IMG/VR virus record: IMGVR_UViG_2859564202_000001
Source: a virus
Taxonomy: Duplodnaviria; Caudoviricetes
Reading direction: 5' to 3' (one strand)
Length of the DNA stretch: 64,000 bases
Both the position numbers and the translations under genes were made by a program. Below are positions 50,785 through 60,888 of this stretch, in pieces; position 1 is the stretch's first letter; the number at the start of each line of letters is the position of its first letter. The notes beneath the pieces are model-generated. The model was not told where the DNA came from, made no database searches, and saw only the letters and a list, made by a program, of their open reading frames with translations.

Positions 50785-52695
50785 GTGCCTTTTCACGATT
50801 TCACTGACCCTGATAGCGATCCTAGGCAAAATGCACCAGCTAACCCCACCGCTCAACCGCCATCTGCCCCCACCTCACACTCATCACAGCAGGGTCTCCC
50901 TCCGGGCGCCATTATGATCCCTTTTCCAGGGCAACCGCAGCAGCAAAGCGCACCCAATGACGAGACCCGTTTCATCGACCTTAACGAACGTCATAAAGAT
51001 GATGAACCAGCCCTGTTTCGCGATGATGTTATTGATCAAACTCTCGCTATTTTGATCAGTAAAAATAAGCCCAATGCGCTACTCGTTGGGCCTGCCGGTA
51101 CAGGTAAATCCCGTATCGCAGAAGATATTGCGCGCCGCCTTGCCAATGATGACGTATCTATTCCCGATCAGCTTGTCGGCCACCGTATTCTTGATGTCTC
51201 CATTGCAGAGCTTGTTGCTGGTGCTGGCGTTGTTGGTCAGCTCGAAGAACGCATTCTGGATCTCATCAAGTATGCGACCGACCCGAGTAACAAAGTCATT
51301 ATCTTTATTGACGAGATTCACCAAATTGCTGGTGATCAGTCCAGTCACAGTGGATCGCAAGCCAAAGTTGCTCAGATTCTCAAACCCTATCTTGCCCGTG
51401 GTGACCTTCGTGTTATTGGTGCCACCACCACCCAGGAAGCTCGTGACTTCGATCATGATCCAGCCCTCAAACGCCGTTTTAGCAGAGTAAATGTCGATGA
51501 ATTTGATCGAGATCAAACGCTCACTATTCTTCATGCTGCACGTGATGGTTACCTCAAACATTTCAACAACGCTGTCACGGTATCTGACGACGTACTGGGC
51601 TATGTCTACACCTACTCGCAGCAATTCAACCCAGGCAATACAGCACAACCTGATGCAGCACTGACGCTGTTTGATAAGGCGTTGGCTTCCCTAACTATGG
51701 AGAAACAGCGTCTGATCAACAACCATGTCATTGCGCCGTCGCTCAAGTTCCCTGTGTCAGAAAGGCACATCCATAACACCGCTCGCAAACTTGCCTTTGG
51801 CTCTCAAGTGCCAGCCTCCATCAATACTGATGATGCTCGTGACAAACTCGAAACGTTGTTTGGTCAAGATCATATTATTGAGCCAGTACTCACCGCTATC
51901 AAGCGTGAACAGCTTGGTATTTTCCCTCGCACCAAACCATTGAGCTGGGTGTTTGCTGGTTCATCTGGTGTGGGTAAAACAGAAATGGCGCGTATTCTCT
52001 CTCGCGCCATTAATGGCGGCGATCCCATCATTATCAATGGTCCCGAATACATTAGTCCTGAGTCCATTACTGGCCTTATCGGATCATCCGATGGCTATAT
52101 CGGCTCTAATTCTAAGCGTGCTAAACCACTCGACCCGCTGATTTCTAATCCGCGTCAGGTGATTGTGCTCGATGAATTTGAGAAGTCTCACCCTCATTTC
52201 CAGCAATTGTTCATGGCAGCTCTTGATACAGGCACTATGGCGATGGCTAATGGCACGACATTGAATTTCTCTCAGGCCATTATCATTGCCACCACCAATG
52301 CAGCCCGCGACAAAATCGGTCGTGACAGCTTTGGATTCGATTCAGATAATTCAGGTGTCCTCGGTTCTGCTCAAGCAGCAACTGATCCGCGTGCACAGGA
52401 ACGCCTCAAGTCACTGATGTCCAAGGATTTCCCTGTTGAACTGCTCAACCGTTTCCAGAATATCTTTGCCTTCAACCGCATTGATGCAGGCACCTACCGT
52501 GAGATTCTGGACAATCTCTACCAGCGTCGCCGTGACGCCGTGCTGCTTAGCCACCCGCATTACGCAGCACAGATCCCTGCAGATATTGATTCAGACACTC
52601 TTGATCAGCTGGTGGAAACCACCTTTATCTCAGATTTTGGTGCACGTCCTGCTGCACGCACCATCGAAGACCACATCGCATCCTTGCTGATGTGA
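50785..52695 (+). CDS. Hsp100/ClpA-C-type double AAA+ ATPase lacking the canonical N-domain
   Basis: NBD1 KPNALLVGPAGTGKS, FIDEIH, GATT, DPALKRRF; NBD2 GSSGVGKTE, LDEFEK, ELLNRF, GARP. Confidence 0.9.
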   Translation: MPFHDFTDPDSDPRQNAPANPTAQPPSAPTSHSSQQGLPPGAIMIPFPGQPQQQSAPNDETRFIDLNERHKDDEPALFRDDVIDQTLAILISKNKPNALLVGPAGTGKSRIAEDIARRLANDDVSIPDQLVGHRILDVSIAELVAGAGVVGQLEERILDLIKYATDPSNKVIIFIDEIHQIAGDQSSHSGSQAKVAQILKPYLARGDLRVIGATTTQEARDFDHDPALKRRFSRVNVDEFDRDQTLTILHAARDGYLKHFNNAVTVSDDVLGYVYTYSQQFNPGNTAQPDAALTLFDKALASLTMEKQRLINNHVIAPSLKFPVSERHIHNTARKLAFGSQVPASINTDDARDKLETLFGQDHIIEPVLTAIKREQLGIFPRTKPLSWVFAGSSGVGKTEMARILSRAINGGDPIIINGPEYISPESITGLIGSSDGYIGSNSKRAKPLDPLISNPRQVIVLDEFEKSHPHFQQLFMAALDTGTMAMANGTTLNFSQAIIIATTNAARDKIGRDSFGFDSDNSGVLGSAQAATDPRAQERLKSLMSKDFPVELLNRFQNIFAFNRIDAGTYREILDNLYQRRRDAVLLSHPHYAAQIPADIDSDTLDQLVETTFISDFGARPAARTIEDHIASLLM

Positions 52696-52716
52696 CCAAC
52701 CTTTTAGGAGTACATC

Positions 52717-53193
52717 ATGATTGATACCACTGCTAACAGCACCTCAGGCACCCTACCTACACTCACTGCTGACCAAGCTGCGTTTATCACCGGTTTTTGC
52801 GAGGCTGCTATCTTCACAGCCACCGTCACAATAGATAACGAACCTATATTTCTTGATGAAGCGTTCTTCTTAGGTCAAGAAACCTATACCGACATTCTCA
52901 TGAATCAACTCCGCACCAATGAAGCCATTGTTAAAGACTGTCTCGACTTCTTCCTTGACAACTACACCACAATGAACAAGCTCATTGTTGATGGTCTATG
53001 CCCAGATTGGGAGCACCACGGCCATGATTTCCTACTCACCCGTGACCATCATGGTGCCGGATTCTGGGATCGTGGCTACGACGAATACGGTGCCCAACTC
53101 ACCGACAATGCCGAAAAATATTCAGAAAACTGTCTCAATTTCTGGATTGAGCCTGATAGTGACCCTCTCATTATCAACTTCGAGTACCACTAA
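52717..53193 (+). CDS. Hypothetical protein
   Basis: AGGAG RBS; GHDFLLTRDHHGAGFWDR motif. Confidence 0.75.
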   Translation: MIDTTANSTSGTLPTLTADQAAFITGFCEAAIFTATVTIDNEPIFLDEAFFLGQETYTDILMNQLRTNEAIVKDCLDFFLDNYTTMNKLIVDGLCPDWEHHGHDFLLTRDHHGAGFWDRGYDEYGAQLTDNAEKYSENCLNFWIEPDSDPLIINFEYH

Positions 53194-53284
53194 CACCCCT
53201 TGACCTTATTTTTCTTTGGTTAAGGGGTGTTAGCCACCCCACCTACTCACTGTTATTTCCCACGACCAAAGAAAACTCACCCAC

Positions 53285-53443
53285 ATGTACGATTTTCAAA
53301 CTATCCCGCAGCCACCTCGTGACGGCTACGACAACCCCTCACTTGATCCACGCAACCCTGGTTACCGCGAGCAAGAGTACGAGGATTACCTCAACGCCGT
53401 GCTCATGACAGGTAATTCAACGCGTTACCCTGCTGCAGCATAA
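53285..53443 (+). CDS. Small 52-aa protein (below the ORF-track cutoff)
   Basis: MYDFQTIPQPPRDGYDNPSLDPRNPGYREQEYEDYLNAVLMTGNSTRYPAAA; fills the operon gap. Confidence 0.5.
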   Translation: MYDFQTIPQPPRDGYDNPSLDPRNPGYREQEYEDYLNAVLMTGNSTRYPAAA

Positions 53444-53499
53444 AAGAACCTGCCTCAACACACCTCCACTTTTTCTACTTTTAAGAAAGCCACATTCTC

Positions 53500-56400
53500 A
53501 TGCCAATTATCATTGATAACCTCAATTCTGACGACGACTCCACCATCGGCACTGCCACCGAATACAACCCTGACACTGACGCCGATTTACTTGATGCTAT
53601 TAACGCTGATGCTGACCTTGATGGCGACGCCACCATCAGCACTAACGCGACAGAAGAAGGTGTAGACGCAGCAGCTGAAAAACCTAAGAAAAAGCGTAAA
53701 GCCCCTGCTCTGAAGCCTAAAGGACTCACGGCAAAGTTCTTCCACCGTGATCTTACTGGCGTAGGTGGTAGGACCGGTCGCCTCAACAAGAACGTACACC
53801 CGACCAACCCAGATCTGTCCTACCAGCCAGTCTCTGATGTCTACACCCCACAATCAGCAGATCACAAGGGTATTAAGACCCGCTACATCCTTACCCATCC
53901 AACCCCCGCTGTTGTTCTCAGTGAGTCCATCAGCAACGCGTTTCATGTCTCTACCCTGCGTCGCAACAATAATGTCAACAACTCTGATTCGGAATTGGCT
54001 GCCTGGCCGTACCTCTACCAACTCGATATTCCGCAGCTGGACCAGATGATTAATGTCGCTGACATCTGTGATTACCATTTCCACGGATATAACCTGTGGG
54101 TGGATTTTACCCCGCAGACTATCGCTCTACGATCCGGTAAGACGGTACTCGATGACGGTACCACCGCCTCTGATAACACCACTCATGTCTATTACCGCGT
54201 CACCGTTCACGTTATTGCCGGTCAAGATCATGGATCTACTCTGCTTGATGACCAGGGCAACCAGGTGCTTGATAGGGATGATAATCCTATTTCTACCCCA
54301 AGTATCAAGCGTATTGGCGCTGTCACTGATCTTTTCGATCACAATCCTTTTGGCTTCGCTAGTGTAAACTCTTTCGCATTTGTCGATTTCTCATGGGACC
54401 CAGCCACCACCTTGGTCGATATGCTCAACAACCTTGATTCATATCTCTCTAATCACATCAATATTGCCAGCTCCCCAACCCCCATTGCCCTCGATATGGT
54501 TGTGCTCAATGAATGGTCTGAAAAGTCCTATCAGCTGTGCGAACGCGTTGTTGCACAGGCAAAGCTCATCAACAGCAACAAGATCACCGCACATGTGAGT
54601 GATGTCATCAAGCAAAATGCCCACAATATCTTGTGGTTTACCGAACAGATGAACCCTGGCACCACCAACCTCAGCGAGGTACCTATCTCCAAGAAGTCTA
54701 TGCTGCCGATGTCTCGCCAGCTACGTATTTTGGAGCACTACGATGTACCACTGACCGCGTACTCTGCTCTTTTCTGGACTGTCAGCGCCATTAAGAATGA
54801 ATCTATGGTGCAGTACCTTGTGCGACAGAATATGCAGCTCACCTTGAGCTCAAATCTGGATGCACTCAACTCCATTGTCTCCCAGCTCCCTGTACCAGAT
54901 AAGGACGTTGTGGCTGCTTCTGGCTACCAGATTCAGCCACACTTCTCCACGCAGCAGCGTGAAGCAATCACCACTGATAATCCTCTCGCGATTATTCAGG
55001 CCGGTGCTGGTACCGGTAAATCCACCGTGATTCTGGAACGCATTGAGTACTTGTGCGCTGCAGGCACCAACCCTGAAGAGATTGCTGTGCTGTCTTTTAC
55101 TAATGCTGCCGCCGATAACATCACAGCAAAAAATGACAAGGTGACCTCTATGACCATCTCCAAGATGGTTCATGAGATTTACGCACACAATTTCCCTGAT
55201 CATGAGATCTCCACCATCGACACCATTATCAATACGCTTGATATTGAATACGGCGATCAAATGGTGACCTCCGATTACATGATTCAGCTCCGTGACCTGC
55301 TCTATAAGGTCATGACGCAGGGTGGCAACGCCAACCTGACAGCGTTGAGCATCTTCATGGAATCCCATATCGAGGCGTTCATCTCGGTGTTGGATCAGAT
55401 CAAGCAGACTTCTCTTGAGCTGGAAATCATCATCTGCTACCTGCTCTTGGATAAGCTGATCGAGCCTCATGCATCGCCGAAGTACCTCATTATTGATGAG
55501 GTGCAGGACAACTCGGTCTTCGAGTTCGTCTTTGCACTTCGTTTTGCGGCAAAGCACAATACGAGTCTGTACTTGGTGGGTGACTCGTCACAGACCTTGT
55601 ATGAGTTCCGTTCTGCTAACCCTAAGGCTCTGAACTCCCTGGAAGCATCTGGTGTTTTCGGTACCTACCGTTTGACCACCAATTACCGTTCCAACCAGGA
55701 AATTCTTGACTTCGCTAATATCCACCTCTCGGATATTGAAGCTAACCAGTTCGCAGGTATTCAGCTCTACGCCAACTCTTTTGATGCACCTACTGCGGAC
55801 AGCTTCAAAGAAAAGGTTGAACTGGACATGCACCATGTGTCTAAGCAGTCTGAGTTTACCGACAGCATTCCTTATTTCATGGAGTCCAATAAAGCTCGCT
55901 TTGATGCTGCGATCTTGAACAATGAGCAAACCATTGTGCTTGCTCATTCTGGTCGTGAAATTCGTGCAGCGCAGCAAGCGCTAGCCGAGATGTACCCCAG
56001 CATCACGGTGCGTAACTTGCAGTCCGATAAGGGTTTCAACAACACGGTATTTTCGACCTTTATTAAGGATTTCTGGTTTGAGGTCACCGCTGTAGACCCA
56101 GCTCATGCCGCATTTACCTTTACCAGCCAAGTCACCGCTCATCTAGATAAGTTGGTACGCGGAAAGCGTGAGCAGATGGAGGATCGCGTTATCCGGTCTA
56201 TGGCTGCATGGTGGCGTGAAAATGAGCGTGACATCCAGGGTTGGGTGCAGCAAACTCAGTCCGGTGCGATCACCAACGAAGAGTTCTTCTACCGTCTTCG
56301 TCAGTGCATTCTTGACTATGAAATCAGGAATAACCGAGCACGTCAGTCCATGCTCAATGCGCGCAACAACGCTAACAAGGAGGCTGTCGCACAGGAGAAA

Positions 56401-57267
56401 CCACTGCTCATGGTCTCCACCATTCACAGTGCAAAGGGTCTGGAATTCGATAATGTCATCGTGCTTCAAAAACCAAGCTCCGATGCAGAGATGACCGAAG
56501 AAGGTAAGCGCGCAACCTATGTGGCGCTGACCCGTGCAAAAAAGCGTGAACTCATTATTGCTGGTTCTACTCGCGCATACCCACGCATCGTCACCGATTA
56601 TGAGCAAATCGTTGATCTTCTTGAAAAGCGCGATGAGGAGCGCAAAATTAAGGAGGAAGAGGCTGCAGCACTCGCCACCCTTGAAGCTGAACAGGAGACG
56701 CGCGCCCTTGCTGCTGCTGAGGCGCAGGCTCAGGCGTTGTTGCTTGAGCACAACCCGTGGTTGCGTGATCTCAGCGATGAAGAAGTCACTGCTCTAACTG
56801 AGCAAGAGATCATCAACAATGTTGAGGCAGCCCTACAGATTGAAGAAGAGGAGGAAGAGGCTCGTGCACTCGCTGCAGCAGAGCCAGCAATTCAGCAGTA
56901 CTTGTCTCAGTTTGCTTTCGATGAGTTCCCGGACGACGACAATGTAGCCAACACTGTCGTACATGTAGCACCACAGCCTATTCTCCACCAGGCAGTGCCT
57001 GCAGATGTGACTGTACAATCAAGCACCGCCCCCGTAACACCTGTTGTTGCGGATCTTGAGGTAACCACTGTTGCAGCTGATCCAGTCGAACCGACTATCG
57101 TTGCTGCACAGCCTGAGGTGGACGACAACCTTGTCTACAGCACGTCCACCCCTAATAGTCACAGTGACGTTATTGCAGTGAACTCTGATACCTCAGAAAA
57201 CGCTGCTGTTAATCCAGTTCTGTCCGATATTGAGGCACTCCGAGCAATTTTCAACAACCAGGACTAA
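53500..57267 (+). CDS. UvrD/Rep SF1 helicase with long N- and C-terminal extensions
   Basis: AGAGTGKS, LSFTNAAA, IDEVQD, VGDSSQTLYEFR, TNYRS, STIHSAKGLEF, YVALTRAK. Confidence 0.92.
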   Translation: MPIIIDNLNSDDDSTIGTATEYNPDTDADLLDAINADADLDGDATISTNATEEGVDAAAEKPKKKRKAPALKPKGLTAKFFHRDLTGVGGRTGRLNKNVHPTNPDLSYQPVSDVYTPQSADHKGIKTRYILTHPTPAVVLSESISNAFHVSTLRRNNNVNNSDSELAAWPYLYQLDIPQLDQMINVADICDYHFHGYNLWVDFTPQTIALRSGKTVLDDGTTASDNTTHVYYRVTVHVIAGQDHGSTLLDDQGNQVLDRDDNPISTPSIKRIGAVTDLFDHNPFGFASVNSFAFVDFSWDPATTLVDMLNNLDSYLSNHINIASSPTPIALDMVVLNEWSEKSYQLCERVVAQAKLINSNKITAHVSDVIKQNAHNILWFTEQMNPGTTNLSEVPISKKSMLPMSRQLRILEHYDVPLTAYSALFWTVSAIKNESMVQYLVRQNMQLTLSSNLDALNSIVSQLPVPDKDVVAASGYQIQPHFSTQQREAITTDNPLAIIQAGAGTGKSTVILERIEYLCAAGTNPEEIAVLSFTNAAADNITAKNDKVTSMTISKMVHEIYAHNFPDHEISTIDTIINTLDIEYGDQMVTSDYMIQLRDLLYKVMTQGGNANLTALSIFMESHIEAFISVLDQIKQTSLELEIIICYLLLDKLIEPHASPKYLIIDEVQDNSVFEFVFALRFAAKHNTSLYLVGDSSQTLYEFRSANPKALNSLEASGVFGTYRLTTNYRSNQEILDFANIHLSDIEANQFAGIQLYANSFDAPTADSFKEKVELDMHHVSKQSEFTDSIPYFMESNKARFDAAILNNEQTIVLAHSGREIRAAQQALAEMYPSITVRNLQSDKGFNNTVFSTFIKDFWFEVTAVDPAHAAFTFTSQVTAHLDKLVRGKREQMEDRVIRSMAAWWRENERDIQGWVQQTQSGAITNEEFFYRLRQCILDYEIRNNRARQSMLNARNNANKEAVAQEKPLLMVSTIHSAKGLEFDNVIVLQKPSSDAEMTEEGKRATYVALTRAKKRELIIAGSTRAYPRIVTDYEQIVDLLEKRDEERKIKEEEAAALATLEAEQETRALAAAEAQAQALLLEHNPWLRDLSDEEVTALTEQEIINNVEAALQIEEEEEEARALAAAEPAIQQYLSQFAFDEFPDDDNVANTVVHVAPQPILHQAVPADVTVQSSTAPVTPVVADLEVTTVAADPVEPTIVAAQPEVDDNLVYSTSTPNSHSDVIAVNSDTSENAAVNPVLSDIEALRAIFNNQD

Positions 57268-57412
57268 AACACCTGCTGCTGTTGAGCGCTTCTCACACAT
57301 CATCCTCACAACCCCGTTGCAGCACCAGCATAAATCTATATTCGCTGTGACGGGGTTGTTGGGGCGCGCCCCACATTCACTCTTTTTCCCGATTGGTTTC
57401 TACTACACACCC

Positions 57413-57790
57413 ATGACCTCTATTACTACTACCGATACCCCGCTATATACAGCACTGCCCCATACCCGTATCTCTGATGCGGAATTGTTGACACCAACAA
57501 CAACTGTGCACGAGATTCTCGTTTACGGACCGGCTGAGTGCCCAGGGTGTACAGCAACGCTTGACTTCTTTGCACGCAAAAACATGCCGGCCACCAAAGT
57601 CACTGTAGCTGCCGGTGATGTAGCACATACCTACATCACCCAAGACTTAGGTTATCTCCAAGCACCGATTGTCACTGTCCGTATCAGTTCCTCTGCTTCT
57701 AACCACGACAACGAACACAACACCCAGATCCTGCACTGGTCCGGCGTTAATCGCTACCTCATGCAGGCACTCTCCCGTACTCATTTCTAG
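57413..57790 (+). CDS. NrdH/glutaredoxin-like protein
   Basis: VYG..CPGC, LGYLQAPIV, HWSG. Confidence 0.8.
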   Translation: MTSITTTDTPLYTALPHTRISDAELLTPTTTVHEILVYGPAECPGCTATLDFFARKNMPATKVTVAAGDVAHTYITQDLGYLQAPIVTVRISSSASNHDNEHNTQILHWSGVNRYLMQALSRTHF

Positions 57791-57806
57791 AAAGGTTTTT
57801 CCCGTC

Positions 57807-58187
57807 ATGTCTGAATCTACTTCTTCTGCTAACTCCACCACCATCCTCAACGACACCTTCAACCCGAAGCCTGGCGTACCTTATGCACGCGTCGATAATC
57901 TCGAATTTGCCACACGTGACGAATTCCGCGCTTGGGCTACCGCAGAGATGGAGGCCGGTAACGTTATCTCTGCAACCATCGCCAATGCCCCACGCGAAGA
58001 CCGCATCAAGTCTTTTGTCATGGATCTTGTTCGAGACGGTATTGACGACGCTGCTGAGGAAATCGTCTCACGCATTGATAGCGGTGACTTCACTATGAAG
58101 GAAGCTCTCACCGCGATCGCGGCATCAATCAACGACCTCGATGCTGACGATGTAGTCAGCGACATCGTTGAAAACCACTTCAACTAG
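57807..58187 (+). CDS. Acidic hypothetical protein
   Basis: GAAAGG RBS; followed by a terminator. Confidence 0.7.
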   Translation: MSESTSSANSTTILNDTFNPKPGVPYARVDNLEFATRDEFRAWATAEMEAGNVISATIANAPREDRIKSFVMDLVRDGIDDAAEEIVSRIDSGDFTMKEALTAIAASINDLDADDVVSDIVENHFN

Positions 58188-58207
58188 TCAACACACCAGC
58201 CCTCCAC

Positions 58208-58247
58208 AAGAGCGTCGAAGCAATCTACGCTTCGACGCTCTTTTTTT
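58208..58247 (+). terminator. Rho-independent terminator
   Basis: AAGAGCGTCGAAGC..GCTTCGACGCTCTTTTTTT. Confidence 0.8.
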
Positions 58248-58292
58248 CACTACCTACTCATCCCCCACATAAGAAAAAAAGACGACACCACC

Positions 58293-58760
58293 ATGATTGA
58301 CCATAAACTGTGGTTTAACACAGTAACCAACAACGCCTCTGTCCGAGAAGCTGCAGGAAAATGCGACATACCCATCAGAACGCTCAACGAGCAGCTTAAC
58401 CGTCGAATACTCCCTGAAAAGACCGTCATCGCTCTAGCACGCGCTTATGATCTCTCACCTGTTGATGCGCTCGTTCGCACCGGACACCTCACCGAAGAAG
58501 AGGCTGGTAGTCGTGAAGAAGATGCCAGCCCAGATTCAGCTGACGACTACCCTACCTGGGCACTGAACTCGCACCTTGACTATGGCATTCTCGGAGCTTT
58601 TGGCGACATCGCTGAAGAAGTAAACAGCGAAAGAGTTAACCGCGACAACGCCATAGAGCAAATTCGCGCATGGCTCGACGAGCTTCCAGGCAGCCTATTC
58701 AACAACCTCCGCAGCACTAAAACAGGCTACATCGAACTATTCGAGACCTATCTCGATTAA
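58293..58760 (+). CDS. HTH protein resembling actinophage repressors
   Basis: SVREAAGKCDIPIRTLNEQL..VIALARAYDLSPVDALVRTGHL. Confidence 0.65.
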   Translation: MIDHKLWFNTVTNNASVREAAGKCDIPIRTLNEQLNRRILPEKTVIALARAYDLSPVDALVRTGHLTEEEAGSREEDASPDSADDYPTWALNSHLDYGILGAFGDIAEEVNSERVNRDNAIEQIRAWLDELPGSLFNNLRSTKTGYIELFETYLD

Positions 58761-58796
58761 ACCCAACCAGCACAACAATAAGGAGAACCCTCACCA

Positions 58797-59063
58797 ATGT
58801 CCTTTAAGCACCTCTACGACAAGACACCAGAAATGATCGTCCATGTGTACTGTTCCGGGCCACTGTGTGATGCAGAATTAGAGCATGACCGTGATGGGTG
58901 GACATGCCCTGAATGTGGCACTTTTTGGGTTGACCCCAGCGGCAAAGGCGAACGCGCCCAGGTTGATACACCCGATGATGAACTAGAGGGGTTACCTGTC
59001 TATAACCTCTCAGGTGAACACCTCTACAACCATCATGAGCATCCAGAAAGCGCGGAAATATAA
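58797..59063 (+). CDS. Small Zn-ribbon protein
   Basis: CSGPLC..WTCPECG; AAGGAG RBS. Confidence 0.7.
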   Translation: MSFKHLYDKTPEMIVHVYCSGPLCDAELEHDRDGWTCPECGTFWVDPSGKGERAQVDTPDDELEGLPVYNLSGEHLYNHHEHPESAEI

Positions 59064-59842
59064 TGACCACACCTCACTCCCACCGCGCACCACGTCTGGC
59101 ATCCACGGTCATTATTGCCCGCGAGTCTGCTGACTCAGGTACCTTAGAATTCTTTATCCAGCAGCGACAATCCACTATGGCTTATGCAGCAAACGCTGTT
59201 GTTTTCCCAGGCGGCGGTGTTGAGGACAGCGATTATCCCTTTATGCTCCCCCACCGCGATCAGCACATGTCGCCTGAACACATCAAGCATCATGCCAGCC
59301 GACTCCACATGGACTCAGAAACTATGGCAGCTCATATTTCCGCTGCACGCCGGGAAGTATGGGAAGAAACAGGCGTTGATCTCGGTAATTACAACCATGA
59401 ACTCATCCCGATCGACCGCTGGATCACACCTGATATTCCTGCTTTTAGGCGCCGTTACGACACCGCCACCTTTGTACTTATTCTAAGCAAAGACAGCACT
59501 AACGCAGCTCTGCAGCACCAGCATCAAACCACCGAGGCCACCCATTCTTATTGGGCAACTGCAGAAGAACTGCTCACTCAATGGTCAACAGGTCATCTCA
59601 ACCTGTTGTTACCAACGTGGTGGCATATCAACCAGCTCAATCACCTCCACACGCTAAACCAGCTGTATAGCTTTGCCCAGCGTACCCATAATCCGCAGCA
59701 CACTCCACCCACAGTGTTTGCTAACTGGACTGCACCGGCTGATGAGGCCGCCATGCAGCACTATGGGTTCCCTGATCCCGATGCGTACTTTGACCATGCC
59801 ACTATCGCAGGAAAACACCACACACTCATCACAAGAAAGTAG
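59063..59842 (+). CDS. NUDIX hydrolase
   Basis: VFPGGGVE...AARREVWEETG, RWITP..RRYDT. Confidence 0.9.
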   Translation: MTTPHSHRAPRLASTVIIARESADSGTLEFFIQQRQSTMAYAANAVVFPGGGVEDSDYPFMLPHRDQHMSPEHIKHHASRLHMDSETMAAHISAARREVWEETGVDLGNYNHELIPIDRWITPDIPAFRRRYDTATFVLILSKDSTNAALQHQHQTTEATHSYWATAEELLTQWSTGHLNLLLPTWWHINQLNHLHTLNQLYSFAQRTHNPQHTPPTVFANWTAPADEAAMQHYGFPDPDAYFDHATIAGKHHTLITRK

Positions 59843-59850
59843 GTCTCACC

Positions 59851-60555
59851 ATGACTTTTGCAGAACTTAGCTCACCGCGTACCATCATCGCTTTTAATGG
59901 CCGTGCCGAATCTGGCAAAGATACTGCAGCACAGTATCTCACCCATATGCACAGTTTTCACCGCATCGCCTTTGCCGATGGTGTCCGTGACGCACTCTAT
60001 GCGCTTAACCCACTGGTCTGTGTGGAGCAGGCTATCACCACACATGGTGCCATTTATGACCGCGTGGCCACTGTTGTGGACACACTTGGTTGGGATACCG
60101 CAAAGCAAATCCCCGACATCCGCGCACTTATGCAGCGTATTGGTACCGAAGCTGGTTGGCGCATCCACGGCGAGCATCTGTGGGTCAATCTTGCTATCAA
60201 AAAGATCAATGAACTGCCCGCTGACCACGCCATTGTCATCACTGATTTGCGATTCCCCAATGAGATTGAGTGGTTGAACAGCCTCAAAGCCAACCCGATG
60301 AACACCATTCAGACCGTCAAAGTCATCCGACCAGATCATGAATCGACCTTGACTGCAGGATCATTCGGTACTACCTCACATATTTCCGAAAGCTTTAATC
60401 TCACTACCGACACTGTGCTCCGCAACGATGGCACCATTGACGATTTGCACTCAAAGCTGGCTGATTTTTTGAGCACTTCCCCGCAGCCCGTGCTCTCTCG
60501 TAACGCCCCTGTACCAAAACACAACGCACCGGCACCAACCACTGATGCCATGTAA
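59851..60555 (+). CDS. Deoxynucleoside monophosphate kinase (phage type)
   Basis: GRAESGKDT, AFADGVR, RALMQRIGTE, ITDLRFPNE, HISE, NDGT. Confidence 0.9.
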   Translation: MTFAELSSPRTIIAFNGRAESGKDTAAQYLTHMHSFHRIAFADGVRDALYALNPLVCVEQAITTHGAIYDRVATVVDTLGWDTAKQIPDIRALMQRIGTEAGWRIHGEHLWVNLAIKKINELPADHAIVITDLRFPNEIEWLNSLKANPMNTIQTVKVIRPDHESTLTAGSFGTTSHISESFNLTTDTVLRNDGTIDDLHSKLADFLSTSPQPVLSRNAPVPKHNAPAPTTDAM

Positions 60556-60615
60556 ATAACCCCCGTATCAAGATCACTGCCACACAGCAGCTCTTGATAC
60601 GGGGGTTATTTTTTT
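60554..60615. terminator. Bidirectional terminator between convergent operons
   Basis: AAATAACCCCCGTATCAAGA...TCTTGATACGGGGGTTATTTTTTT. Confidence 0.85.
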
Positions 60616-60632
60616 GCTCAACAGCTCATACC

Positions 60633-60860
60633 TTAACCAAAGCTAAAGCCATCATTTTGCTGCTGAACTTGGGTTTCTTCCTGGATAACAGGTCGCTCTT
60701 CTTGGTTCATTGCCTGATAACGCTGACGCATCCGAAGCTGCTGGTCCACAGAGTTGAGCACACCGTTCGCGTCCATACCACCCTCTCCAAGTCGTACCTG
60801 CGTCTTAGGTACGCCCATAAGCTCTTGGGTGTCGCGGTTTGTCGGATCTGGGGTCGTCAT
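60633..60860 (-). CDS. Small hypothetical protein
   Basis: 75 aa; last gene of the minus-strand operon. Confidence 0.65.
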   Translation of the reverse strand: MTTPDPTNRDTQELMGVPKTQVRLGEGGMDANGVLNSVDQQLRMRQRYQAMNQEERPVIQEETQVQQQNDGFSFG

Positions 60861-60888
60861 AATAAATTCTTCTTTCTATCATTTTCTA

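Noticed and set aside
22730-60555. C-over-G skew on the + strand as a replication signal
   Set aside because: It follows coding direction and flips with the minus-strand genes, so codon usage explains it
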